Origin: Verrucomicrobiia bacterium
GTDB taxonomy: Bacteria; Patescibacteriota; Saccharimonadia; Saccharimonadales; UBA4665
Assembly (NCBI GenBank): GCA_035486285.1
Contig: DATHNF010000079.1
Span: forward strand, 1 to 33,129
Length of the DNA stretch: 33,129 nucleotides
Direction of reading: 5' to 3'
The position numbers were made by a program, and so were the translations under genes. Below, one piece after another: positions 8,604 to 17,060 of the stretch; the stretch's first letter is position 1; each line of letters starts with the position of its first letter. The notes under the pieces are model-generated. The model was not told the origin of the DNA. It did not search any database and worked only from the letters and a program-made list of their open reading frames with translations.

Positions 8604-9092
8604 ATGATCTCCCTTAAGAAACGTAATCTCGACGGCAAAGGCTTCACCATTGTTGAACTTTTGATCGTTATCGTCGTAATCGGTATCCTCGCGTTATTAG
8701 TAATTACCACTTATAGCGGTATCCAGGCGAAAGCCCGTAACGCTAAGCGGCAAACTGATATCCAATCGCTGCAAACACAGCTCGAAGCTTTCTTCAGCCA
8801 GAACGGCTACTATCCTTCACTCGGAGACATGAACAGTGCTAGCTGGCGGGGTACCAATATGAAGAGCCTCGACGTAAATGCGCTCGTGGATCCTTCATCA
8901 AACTGTGATCCCTCCAGTGCCAGTTGTCTGGTAAGTTCACCGACTAACAAAGCATACGCTTACGCTGTAACTGATAGCAGCGGTAACAGTTGTGAAAGTA
9001 CTGACACAAACTGCGCCAAATACACCTTAACAGCCGAATATGAAGGCACGGTGAACGGCCAAAGTACCTATACCAAAAGCAATCTTGACTAG
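8604..9092 (+). CDS. pilA: type IV major pilin (prepilin with N-terminal methylation motif)
   Basis: MISLKKRNLDGKG|FTIVELLIVIVVIGILA is a class III signal peptide with Glu5 and a hydrophobic alpha-1 helix. Four Cys in the C-terminal half could form two disulfide loops. Confidence 0.85.
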   Translation: MISLKKRNLDGKGFTIVELLIVIVVIGILALLVITTYSGIQAKARNAKRQTDIQSLQTQLEAFFSQNGYYPSLGDMNSASWRGTNMKSLDVNALVDPSSNCDPSSASCLVSSPTNKAYAYAVTDSSGNSCESTDTNCAKYTLTAEYEGTVNGQSTYTKSNLD

Positions 9093-9116
9093 CTAACAAA
9101 CGGTCATTACATGAAA

Positions 9117-9148
9117 CGAAGGGCACGGTGAACGGCCCTTCGTTTTAG
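9117..9148 (+). terminator. rho-independent terminator of pilA
   Basis: cgaagggc (9117-9124) pairs with gcccttcg (9135-9142) around a 10-nt loop, followed by TTTTAGTTT. Confidence 0.7.
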
Positions 9149-9225
9149 TTTATAGGTTTTACTCAGTATTAGCCGTTCATCTGATATACTGGGGGTAAGA
9201 TTCGGTGCTTTGATGAGCAGCATAC

Positions 9226-10320
9226 ATGAAAACTACTAAAACCCCTGGATTTTTCCACGACAAGCCATTATTTGGCCTGGATATTGGGCATGGCTCGCTA
9301 AAAGTCATGCAGATAGCTGACCGTCCGCATGGAACAGCTAGTAAGGGTCACCGTCCTGAACTCATTGGCTACGGATTTGCCACCTTTGACCGGGACGCCT
9401 TACAGGACGGGGTAGTGACCAAACCAGAGATCATTGCTAAGGCCGCCCGGGAGTTGTTTGAGCATCGCTTGATTGGCGACATCACGACACGACAAGTGGC
9501 GCTCACCATCCCAACCTACCGTACATTTACCCGCTCGTTACAGCTGCCCAAACTAAAGTCCCGGCAACTGACCGCCGCCGTCGAGCTGGAAGCCGAGCAA
9601 TATATCTCACTGCCCCTGGAAGAACTGTACCTGGACTACGAGATTGTCCGCCAGGATCCTGAGTCGACTGAGCTGTTCGTTGTGGCAGTGCCGCGAATCA
9701 TCGTTGACTCATACCTGGAGCTAGCCCAGATCCTAGGGCTAGAGACTGTGTTAATTGAGCCGACATTGAGCTCATCAGGACGTTTGCTACTACTGGATGA
9801 GCAGAGTGACGTGGCAACCGTTATTATTGACTTCGGCTCGTTATCTTGCGACATCAGTATTTTCGACGGGCATGTACTGGTGACTGGCACTGTCCAAGGC
9901 GGCGGCGAAGACTTCACGACCTCCATCAAGAAAAAGTTGGGCGTCACAACGCAAGAAGCTGGCCTGATAAAAACCCGCTACGGCTTGGGTGTCAGTAAGA
10001 AGCAAGCCGAGATCAAGCAGTCCGTTGAACCGGCTCTGCAGCAGATTGTCAAAGAGATCCGCCGCATGATTCGTTACTACGAAGAGCGCTACGGTGCTAA
10101 ACGGCCGCTTGCTCAAGTTATCACGCTAGGGGGCGGCGCTAATGTGCCGGGGCTGAGTGAGTACTTAACACAGGCCTTGCGCCTGGCAGTCCGCCGTACG
10201 GACCCTTGGCAATATTTGGCGCACAAGGGCCTGCAACTACCGGCTGAAGCGGACCGGCCGATGTACGCTACGGTAGCCGGCTTGAGCCTGGCTTTGACCA
10301 AAGAGGTTTTCCCCTTATGA
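9226..10320 (+). CDS. pilM: type IV pilus assembly protein PilM (actin-like ATPase fold)
   Basis: 364 aa. LFGLDIGHGSLKVMQI is the phosphate-1 motif, and ITLGGGANVPGLSEYL also fits. It is followed by pilN/pilO with ATGA overlaps. Confidence 0.85.
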   Translation: MKTTKTPGFFHDKPLFGLDIGHGSLKVMQIADRPHGTASKGHRPELIGYGFATFDRDALQDGVVTKPEIIAKAARELFEHRLIGDITTRQVALTIPTYRTFTRSLQLPKLKSRQLTAAVELEAEQYISLPLEELYLDYEIVRQDPESTELFVVAVPRIIVDSYLELAQILGLETVLIEPTLSSSGRLLLLDEQSDVATVIIDFGSLSCDISIFDGHVLVTGTVQGGGEDFTTSIKKKLGVTTQEAGLIKTRYGLGVSKKQAEIKQSVEPALQQIVKEIRRMIRYYEERYGAKRPLAQVITLGGGANVPGLSEYLTQALRLAVRRTDPWQYLAHKGLQLPAEADRPMYATVAGLSLALTKEVFPL

Positions 10321-10916
10321 TCAACTTGCTACCGCCAGACCTGAAACGTGATTATCGTTTCGCCCGGCGGAACGTTAGTTTGCGGCGGTGGGTAATAATT
10401 TTTATGATAGCCTTGCTGGGCCTAGGCGGTTTAGCAACATACGGTTTGCTGGCACTACATCAATCGACCACGCGCTATAACAAGCAGATCGCCGCTAACA
10501 ACCTACTATTCCAAAAAGAGGATTTCTCTGGCACCCAGAAGCAGGTACAGGATATTAGTAGTAACTTTAAGCTAGTGGTGAAAGTCTTGGGCCAAGAAGT
10601 GCTCTTTTCGCAGCTATTGAAACAAATCGCGGCCATTATTCCGGCTAATGCCGACCTAACTGGCCTTAACATTAATCAAACCCAGGGAGCAATCGATATC
10701 TCGGCTATCGCTACCGATTATAATACGGCGACACAGGTGCAGGTTAATCTAGCTGATCCCGCCAATAAGATTTTTAGCAAAGCCGATATCGTCAGCATTA
10801 CCTGTAGCGCCACCAGTGCTGTTAATCCCAACTACCCCTGCACTATTAATATTCGCGCGCTATTCGCTAGTGACAACCCGTTCCTATTCATTAACAGCAA
10901 GGGTAGCACGCCATGA
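10317..10916 (+). CDS. pilN: PilN-like bitopic pilus alignment protein
   Basis: The N-terminal MINLLPPDL motif is the PilM-binding INLLP signature. It has a single TM helix and a 4-nt overlap with pilM. Confidence 0.65.
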   Translation: MINLLPPDLKRDYRFARRNVSLRRWVIIFMIALLGLGGLATYGLLALHQSTTRYNKQIAANNLLFQKEDFSGTQKQVQDISSNFKLVVKVLGQEVLFSQLLKQIAAIIPANADLTGLNINQTQGAIDISAIATDYNTATQVQVNLADPANKIFSKADIVSITCSATSAVNPNYPCTINIRALFASDNPFLFINSKGSTP

Positions 10917-11563
10917 GCAGCAAGCGCTTGTATTTCGCGTTAGTTGGTGTAATCACACTTCTTTTCGTAGCACTAGTTGGCGGAGCTTACGGCGCCAACT
11001 CACTCCTCAGCACCCAGGCCACCAAGCTGACCGCGCTCAAAGCCAAGAGCCAGGCCCAGTCCCAGGAACAGGTAAGTCTGATCGAAGCCAAGAAGGATAT
11101 CCAAAAGTATGCCAGCCTGGCACAAATTACAAGTTCAGTCGTACCAGAAGATAAGGACCAGGCTGAGACCGTCCGCGAGATTGTCAACATTGCTGCTGCT
11201 AACAATGTCAGCTTATCGGCCATTACTTTTCCAGCTTCTACCCTTGGCACCAGTTCGTCCGCCGCAACTGGCGCCACTACCGCGGCCCCTGCTCCGACCG
11301 CTGCAACAAACCTTAACTCCAGCACGACCAAGTTATCACAACTACTTCCCGTTACGAATATTCCCGGCGTCTACGACCTGCAGATCACCGTGCAAGGGGA
11401 CCCTAACAAACCGGTCCAATACAGTTCGTTCATCAACTTCTTAAGCAGTCTGGAACACAATCGGCGCACCGCGGAGATCAGTACCATTACCATCGCGCCC
11501 AGTAGCACCAATGCCAACTTGTTAACTTTCGCCCTAACCCTGAACGAGTACATAAAGCCATGA
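10913..11563 (+). CDS. PilO-like bitopic protein (TM + coiled coil + S/T/A-rich linker)
   Basis: Position after pilN with an ATGA overlap. It has a TM helix (LYFALVGVITLLFVALVGG) and then a coiled-coil-like segment. Confidence 0.5.
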   Translation: MSSKRLYFALVGVITLLFVALVGGAYGANSLLSTQATKLTALKAKSQAQSQEQVSLIEAKKDIQKYASLAQITSSVVPEDKDQAETVREIVNIAAANNVSLSAITFPASTLGTSSSAATGATTAAPAPTAATNLNSSTTKLSQLLPVTNIPGVYDLQITVQGDPNKPVQYSSFINFLSSLEHNRRTAEISTITIAPSSTNANLLTFALTLNEYIKP

Positions 11564-11877
11564 ACCTAACCAAGAACAAGCCAGAGCTCAACATCCAGGA
11601 TCTTCTCGAGAAATTAATCGTTGGTCTCAAAAAACTGCGGCGCTACAGTGTAGTTATATTCCTCATTTTCATAGCCTTGCTGTATGGGTTCGTACTGCTA
11701 CGCATCAATAGCCTGAGCAACACCCAGCCTTCACCGGATGCCGTTAGCAGCCAGGTCCAGGCTGCGCAAACGCCACACATCGACGAGTCCGTCGTCAAAC
11801 AGCTCCAGTCCCTCCAGGACAATAGTGTCAGCGTCCAGGCTTTATTCAACCAAGCCCGCAGTAATCCTTTCCAGTAA
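11560..11877 (+). CDS. small single-TM protein, last gene of the pil operon
   Basis: 105 aa with an ATGA overlap to the previous gene and a TM helix (VVIFLIFIALLYGFVLL). No motif recognised. Confidence 0.5.
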   Translation: MNLTKNKPELNIQDLLEKLIVGLKKLRRYSVVIFLIFIALLYGFVLLRINSLSNTQPSPDAVSSQVQAAQTPHIDESVVKQLQSLQDNSVSVQALFNQARSNPFQ

Positions 11878-11927
11878 CCGCCGATTCTTCGGGAAGATGT
11901 GGGTATCAGCTTTAGTATTAGGACACT

Positions 11928-12722
11928 CTATGCGGGGCCACTAGTAGCGTCGGGACCTAGTGGATTCTCAGGATATGGGGTGGATGGAGCGGACGGAATC
12001 GGTGGTGGTGGCGCATATGCACCATAGCCCGGGTCTACGGCAGGCGCGGCCGCTTGGGCGTCAGGTAATGGAACAGGCTGGGGCTGGCTGCCAGGTTGCG
12101 CTGAGTATGCGCCCTCAGCACGATACGGACGCTGCAAGCCTTCGCCGGTGCGCCCTTGCTCAAACCGCTCGCGGGCAGATAATATTTGCTGGGCGTAGTA
12201 ATTAGGGTTTGGGCAATACAAGAAGACGAATTTGCCGCGCTCACCAGCTGTTTCGACGCGTATTGAGCCGTAATTTAACATGTGCGGCAGTATGCCGTTC
12301 TGCTCGGCTGTCACGTCTTCCAGGCTACCGAGCGATAATTGGCTGGAACGTTTGTCGAAAAGGCTGGTCTGGGTAATTTGGGTAACGCTATCGCTGGTGA
12401 CAACCCAGCCATTGCCCCAATAAACTTTGTTGGCAACGAAAACAAAGCCAAGACAAAGCGCCGCCAAGACTACAAATGCCAGCCCGCCGCCCGCCATTAC
12501 TTGTGTCCGGCTAACACTTGTGATGAGACTTGGGGCTACGATAAACGCTAATACGGCAGCAACTATTAATAGCAAGCCCGTTCCAACATATACGCCGAAC
12601 ATACCGATTGGGTGCCGTTTAATGGCACAGATTGTCTGCTCTCCCGGCTGCATTGCGCTTAATGGGTTGCGCACCGCATGCGCGCCACTAGCTTCACTCT
12701 GGACAAGTTCTTGAGGATTCAT
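11928..12722 (-). CDS. membrane protein with bacterial PH domain (bPH_2/YdbS-YdbT-like) and a Pro-rich tail
   Basis: Two N-terminal TM helices. SLGSLEDVTAEQNGILPHMLNYGSIRVETAGERGKFVFLYCPNP is typical of bPH_2. TATAAT lies 8 nt upstream of the ATG. Confidence 0.7.
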   Translation of the reverse strand: MNPQELVQSEASGAHAVRNPLSAMQPGEQTICAIKRHPIGMFGVYVGTGLLLIVAAVLAFIVAPSLITSVSRTQVMAGGGLAFVVLAALCLGFVFVANKVYWGNGWVVTSDSVTQITQTSLFDKRSSQLSLGSLEDVTAEQNGILPHMLNYGSIRVETAGERGKFVFLYCPNPNYYAQQILSARERFEQGRTGEGLQRPYRAEGAYSAQPGSQPQPVPLPDAQAAAPAVDPGYGAYAPPPPIPSAPSTPYPENPLGPDATSGPA

Positions 12723-12779
12723 ACCAGCTTATTATACCCTCTTTCCCCTCCTGCCCCGAAATTAAATCCTCTTGCCAGT

Positions 12780-13110
12780 GTCATTCCAAACTAGCTTTGG
12801 GATCCAATAATTAAGTATGCCCGCCAGAGGCATTCCTATTGTCCGCATTCAAGACAAACTGATTAAAGGGACGCTTATTTGTATACCGCGTGACGAGGAC
12901 TGTTTGAGCCCTAAAGGGCGAGTCCCGCAGGAACCGGAATACAAATAGGTGTCCCTTTAGTAATGTTTGTCGCCCATGCGGTGGCTTTTGTTCTACTTTT
13001 GCCACCAAAAGTAGAGAATAGAGAAAAGATAGTTGATTGAGACTATACGCTGAGGTGATGTCTCTCGAGTACAACCTACCGTATGGATCCTGATGTTGGT
13101 TTGGGATGAC
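12780..13110 (+). ncRNA. candidate structured RNA or MITE-like element of unknown class
   Basis: A 26-position closing helix pairs 12780-12805 with 13085-13110 (20 WC, 5 G-U, 1 mismatch). An internal rod at 12843-12981 includes a 20-bp helix (12865-12884/12939-12958, 18 WC + 2 G-U). The G-U pairs exist only on the + strand. I see no signature of RNase P, tmRNA, SRP or 6S RNA. Confidence 0.45.
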
Positions 13111-13131
13111 GGAAGTGGAAGTTTAGTTTAT

Positions 13132-14163
13132 CTACAGTAGCGATGGTTGTTGGCTTTCGCCTTTACGTTTTTTGCCAAGGTGTTTGTAGGCTTTGGGCGT
13201 AACTTTCCGCCCTCGCGGCGTCCGCTCCAGTAAGCCGATTTGCATTAGGTACGGCTCATAGAAATCCTCGATAGTCCCCCGCTCCTCAGCTGTCAATGCT
13301 GCCAGCGTTTCCACGCCCACCGGTCCGCCATCATAGTTTTCAACGATAGCATTCAACAGCATCCGGTCGGCGGCATCCAGGCCCAGCTCGTCAATATCTA
13401 ATAATTCAAGCGCTTTGTGGCTTAACGGTTTGTCGATGATGCCGTCACCGTTAACGTCCGCGTAATCACGCACTCGTTTGAGCAACCGGTTGGCAATACG
13501 TGGTGTTAAACGGGCGCGCTGGGCCAGTTCGACAGAGGCTGGTTTGTCTATTTTTACCTTGAGAATCTTAGCTGCGCGCTCAATAATCTGCTGGATCTCT
13601 TCCGGCGTGTAGAAGTTCAGCCGATGCATCATGCCGAAGCGGTCGCGCAAGGGTGCTGCTAGGCTGCCAGTCCGCGTCGTGGCACCAATAATTGTGAAGT
13701 GGGGTAAATCCAACCGCAAGCTGCGCGCCGACGGCCCCTTACCCAGCATAATATCAAGCTTAAAATCTTCCATGGCCGAATACAGCACTTCTTCGACAGT
13801 ACGGTTCAAGCGGTGAATCTCGTCGATAAACAAGATGTCGCCATCGGCCAGATTGGTCAGCAAACTAGCCAAATCACCAGCCCGCTCTACCGCCGGCCCA
13901 GAGGTAATCCGGATCTGAGCGCCCATTTCGTTGGCAATAACACTAGCCATGGTTGTCTTGCCCAGCCCTGGTGGACCGTGCAATAGAATATGGTCAAGCG
14001 GCTCGCCGCGCTTCTTGGCAGCGTCAATTGCCAGCTGAATATTCTGCTTGAGCCGTTCCTGGCCAATATAGTTGGCGAAGTCCCGTGGCCGTAGCGTAAT
14101 TTCCAGCTCCACCTCTTGCGGCGCTTCGTCCTCCACGCCAGCGTTGACAATTCTATCAATCAT
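13132..14163 (-). CDS. ruvB: Holliday junction branch-migration ATPase RuvB
   Basis: 343 aa with Walker [18 protein letters not shown] and a sensor/arginine-finger region. Confidence 0.95.
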   Translation of the reverse strand: MIDRIVNAGVEDEAPQEVELEITLRPRDFANYIGQERLKQNIQLAIDAAKKRGEPLDHILLHGPPGLGKTTMASVIANEMGAQIRITSGPAVERAGDLASLLTNLADGDILFIDEIHRLNRTVEEVLYSAMEDFKLDIMLGKGPSARSLRLDLPHFTIIGATTRTGSLAAPLRDRFGMMHRLNFYTPEEIQQIIERAAKILKVKIDKPASVELAQRARLTPRIANRLLKRVRDYADVNGDGIIDKPLSHKALELLDIDELGLDAADRMLLNAIVENYDGGPVGVETLAALTAEERGTIEDFYEPYLMQIGLLERTPRGRKVTPKAYKHLGKKRKGESQQPSLL

Positions 14164-14188
14164 GTCTTTTCATTATAGCAGTCCGGCA

Positions 14189-14371
14189 CTAGCGGGATGG
14201 CCGAAAGCCAACAAACGACAACAGCAGGCTCACTATCGTGTTGATGAAAACCATGGTTACGATTGGCAACTTTTGGTCCGAATCATAGAGCCCCAAAGTA
14301 CCAATCCAGATGACCACAATGGTTCCGGCAGTATAGGGGTGTTTGATGTACAAGGCCATATCTTTAAACAT
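14189..14371 (-). CDS. small (60 aa) two-TM membrane protein
   Basis: AAGGAG lies 6 nt upstream of ATG 14371. It overlaps the UbiB-like gene stop by 8 nt and has hydrophobic segments. Confidence 0.5.
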   Translation of the reverse strand: MFKDMALYIKHPYTAGTIVVIWIGTLGLYDSDQKLPIVTMVFINTIVSLLLSFVGFRPSR

Positions 14372-15833
14372 AGCTTGCTCCTTGAAGTTTTATTTGGCGG
14401 TATAGTTGCGGGTTCTTGTAGGAGATTTGGTCAAACCAGCTGGCTAGGATTTCGAAGGCTGTTTCCGGGTGCAGCATTGGTCGTTCTTCGTCCATGGCAA
14501 CACCCTTTGTCTGTTCCAAAACGCGAGCAAAGCTTCGTTTCAGCACAATGTTCTTAACACCCAGACTTGTTACCAGCGAGATGAATAGCATGGCTGCGCG
14601 CATCAGTTCTGGGCCATCCAATTCGTATTCCAGACAGAAGCGGTTGTTTTTGTTAATAACCGAATTGAACATTACCATTATTTTGTTGTTTTGCAGCAGA
14701 TAGTTGACTTGTTCGCGCTGGTTACTCATTATCCTCTCGGCACTATTAATAAGATTGTCTAGCAAATTGGAAGATCCGAGTGCATAGTATTCATCCAAGC
14801 TATGTATCGCCCTAACCACATCGCCGCCACACATATCAAGCAACAGCTTGTTGAGGCCCCTGATATCAGGGTTGCCGCTATAGATATTGTAGTATTGCTG
14901 AATTAAATGGTGGAACGTTACCTTGTTACGAGGCGCCGGGGCTTGCAACCCATAATCGATTAAGCCTATGCGGTTGTCGCTCAAGAGCTTTATATTACCC
15001 GGGTGTGGGTCGCCGTAGGATACGCCGTGCAGGAAGGCACTCGACAGTATTTCGGAACCCAAGATGACGAGCTGTTCTTTGAGGTCCGAGCCAAGCGTTT
15101 CGGCTACGTAGCGCTCAACGTCGACGCCGGCACTCGCGGCCTCTACAAGTTCAGTTGCTGCGATTCCACCGACATAATCCTGGCAAATGACACGAGCAGT
15201 TGACAGCTCCCGGTACGTATACGGGATAACAATGTTACGGTGTGTACGGTATCTTTCGTAGAGCGTGCTAGCGTAATCCGCCTCCAGCACATAGTTGGTT
15301 TCGAGCGTTGTCGCTCGGGCGAAATCTTTGTGAACTTGCCTCATATTTATGGCGCTTCCAGAAGAAAACCAATTGATGCAGCGGCTAAAAAAGCCGAGCA
15401 CCCTAAGGTCAAACTTTAGGTCAGCAACAATCGTTGGCCGCAAGACTTTGAGTATTACCTGCTGGTCACGGTAGCGCGCCAAATATACCTGGCCAAACGA
15501 GCCGGCCGCGAATGGTACTTCGCTCTGTAGAACAACATCACCAGCCTGCGCGCCTAACTCCGCCGACAGAACATCATGAATAGCAATTTCCTCAGTGTCT
15601 ACTTGGTCATAAATATCGTATATGTTATAGGCCCGCAAAGCCTGGAACACCTCTGAACGCAACACTAGCAACTGCAAAAACTTGACGTATACGCCGCCGA
15701 GTTGCCGGAAGCTGGTGTATATTGTTTGCGGCAGCAGCTCTTTTTGGCCTGTTGCGCCCAGGCGGGCGCAGGTCCAACTGAGTTTTATGAGAACCGCCAG
15801 ACGTGCTGAACGACGACTAACTGTGGTTTTCAT
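14364..15833 (-). CDS. ABC1/UbiB (AarF) family atypical protein kinase
   Basis: 489 aa. FAAGSFGQVYLARYRDQQVILKVLRP carries the kinase-like nucleotide-binding motif with the invariant Lys, and HGDPHPGNIKL...IGLIDYG the catalytic/DFG-like motifs. Confidence 0.85.
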   Translation of the reverse strand: MKTTVSRRSARLAVLIKLSWTCARLGATGQKELLPQTIYTSFRQLGGVYVKFLQLLVLRSEVFQALRAYNIYDIYDQVDTEEIAIHDVLSAELGAQAGDVVLQSEVPFAAGSFGQVYLARYRDQQVILKVLRPTIVADLKFDLRVLGFFSRCINWFSSGSAINMRQVHKDFARATTLETNYVLEADYASTLYERYRTHRNIVIPYTYRELSTARVICQDYVGGIAATELVEAASAGVDVERYVAETLGSDLKEQLVILGSEILSSAFLHGVSYGDPHPGNIKLLSDNRIGLIDYGLQAPAPRNKVTFHHLIQQYYNIYSGNPDIRGLNKLLLDMCGGDVVRAIHSLDEYYALGSSNLLDNLINSAERIMSNQREQVNYLLQNNKIMVMFNSVINKNNRFCLEYELDGPELMRAAMLFISLVTSLGVKNIVLKRSFARVLEQTKGVAMDEERPMLHPETAFEILASWFDQISYKNPQLYRQIKLQGASYV

Positions 15834-15994
15834 GTGTTTCTCGAGGTGAAACTGATAATATAGGAACCGATTGTAAAAATCATCAAAGCAATATACAGAA
15901 AGAAACGGTCACTCGTCTTCAGCGAAAAGTGCGCGATAATAATACCGACAATCCAAACCACGCAGATACTAAGCAGCGTGAAGTAGTACCTCAT
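15830..15994 (-). CDS. small (54 aa) two-TM membrane protein, below the track cutoff
   Basis: My translation: MRYYFTLLSICVVWIVGIIIAHFSLKTSDRFFLYIALMIFTIGSYIISFTSRNT. It has an ATGA overlap with the UbiB-like start. TGgTATACT lies 7 nt upstream of its ATG. Confidence 0.4.
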   Translation of the reverse strand: MRYYFTLLSICVVWIVGIIIAHFSLKTSDRFFLYIALMIFTIGSYIISFTSRNT

Positions 15995-16064
15995 ACGTCA
16001 CAGTATACCAAACAATAACCTTGACGCTGTCCAGTAGCTTAGTTCCTTGGATATTCTTAGAGCC

Positions 16065-16646
16065 TTACTTGCTCTTGAGCGCCGCTTTAATGCGTTGTTC
16101 GGTCGCTAGGCCAGAGTCGACGTTTTGCAAAGCCTGGGCGGCGTCGGCGGCAGTGTAGCCGAGGACAACTAGAGCTTCGACGGCCTCGTCCTTGAGTAGG
16201 GCGTCTTCGGCCTGCAGCAAGCCGGTGGTTTGAAGATCGACACCGATAAGGCCGACTTTGTCCTTGAGCTCGACAACCAGGCGCTCGGCCAAGCGCTTGC
16301 CAACACCACTAGCTTGTTGGATGTACTTAACGTCACCGCCGGCAATAGCTACTCGCAAATCATTGGCGGTGCCGATACTTAGCACGTTAAGCGCCATTTT
16401 CGGTCCTACGCCGTTTACTTCTAGTAGTTGCGTAAACAAAGCCTGGGTATCGCGGGCCAAAAAGCCGAACAAATCATGCGACTGCTCGCGAATATGCTCG
16501 TAAATATAGACTTTGGCAGCTTCACCAGTTATCAACCGGGCGTAATCTTCAGCCGGCATATAAAGACCGTAGCCGACGCCGCGTACATCGAGCACTACTT
16601 CGTCAGCTAGCTTTTCGCTCACTATCCCAGTCAATGTCGCAATCAT
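16065..16646 (-). CDS. ruvA: Holliday junction DNA helicase subunit RuvA
   Basis: Track ORF starts at GTG 16673. ATG 16646 gives the canonical MIATLTGIV... N-terminus. HhH motifs are present (VNGVGPKMALNVL, ASGVGKRLAERL). Confidence 0.9.
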   Translation of the reverse strand: MIATLTGIVSEKLADEVVLDVRGVGYGLYMPAEDYARLITGEAAKVYIYEHIREQSHDLFGFLARDTQALFTQLLEVNGVGPKMALNVLSIGTANDLRVAIAGGDVKYIQQASGVGKRLAERLVVELKDKVGLIGVDLQTTGLLQAEDALLKDEAVEALVVLGYTAADAAQALQNVDSGLATEQRIKAALKSK

Positions 16647-16712
16647 TGAGCTTATTATCTCATAGTCAGGCACTGGCAGCTATGGGCCACGGTTTAAAGT
16701 GGCGTCAAGCTA

Positions 16713-17003
16713 CTACAGTGCGGATGAATCGTCGGGCTGCTCTTCAGGCGCTGGTGCTGGATCAGTCTCGGACCCAGCAGGGGCCTCAGGCTCAGCTGAC
16801 GGTTCAGGTGCCGACGGTGTAAATGACGGTTCAGGTACAGAAACAGGTGGTTCTGCGGGTAGTTCCGGCGCATCCGAACCAGGAACGGGAGGTTCCGTGC
16901 TAGGTGCTGGCGGATTATCGCTGGTAACGGGAGGTTGCGATGACAACGGGTCTGGCGCTGGTCCGTTCGAGTCGGGCTGTTGCGGGTTATCTTGTGGGGG
17001 CAT
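16713..17003 (-). CDS. Pro/Glu/Ser-rich, probably disordered 96-aa protein
   Basis: AAGGAG lies 6 nt upstream of ATG 17003, in the operon orientation between ruvC and ruvA. The composition also leaves the opposite strand open. Confidence 0.45.
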   Translation of the reverse strand: MPPQDNPQQPDSNGPAPDPLSSQPPVTSDNPPAPSTEPPVPGSDAPELPAEPPVSVPEPSFTPSAPEPSAEPEAPAGSETDPAPAPEEQPDDSSAL

Positions 17004-17060
17004 ACTTTCTCCTTTTGTTTCTATACGATAGTACTTAATTTACTGTATCACACAAAACCA

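Noticed and set aside
12811-13074. 87-aa minus-strand ORF in the ruvB / PH-gene spacer
   Set aside because: It has no SD and its sequence does not look protein-like. It is spanned by long helices whose G-U pattern favours an RNA on the opposite strand, so I treat the region as non-coding.
12780-13110. Identity of the structured element as RNase P RNA, tmRNA, SRP RNA, 6S RNA or a T-box leader
   Set aside because: I could not find GGAAAGUCC/ACAGAA (RNase P), a tRNA-like CCA end or tag ORF (tmRNA), the GGAA-capped SRP domain IV, or the GGGUGG..ACCGCG T-box core (only ...UAUACCGCG is present). At 331 nt it also does not fit 6S RNA. This needs cmscan to be certain.
16699-17031. 110-aa Gly/Ser-rich plus-strand ORF
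   Set aside because: It is the mirror image of the Pro-rich minus-strand ORF, which has the SD and the operon orientation. It is kept only as a note.
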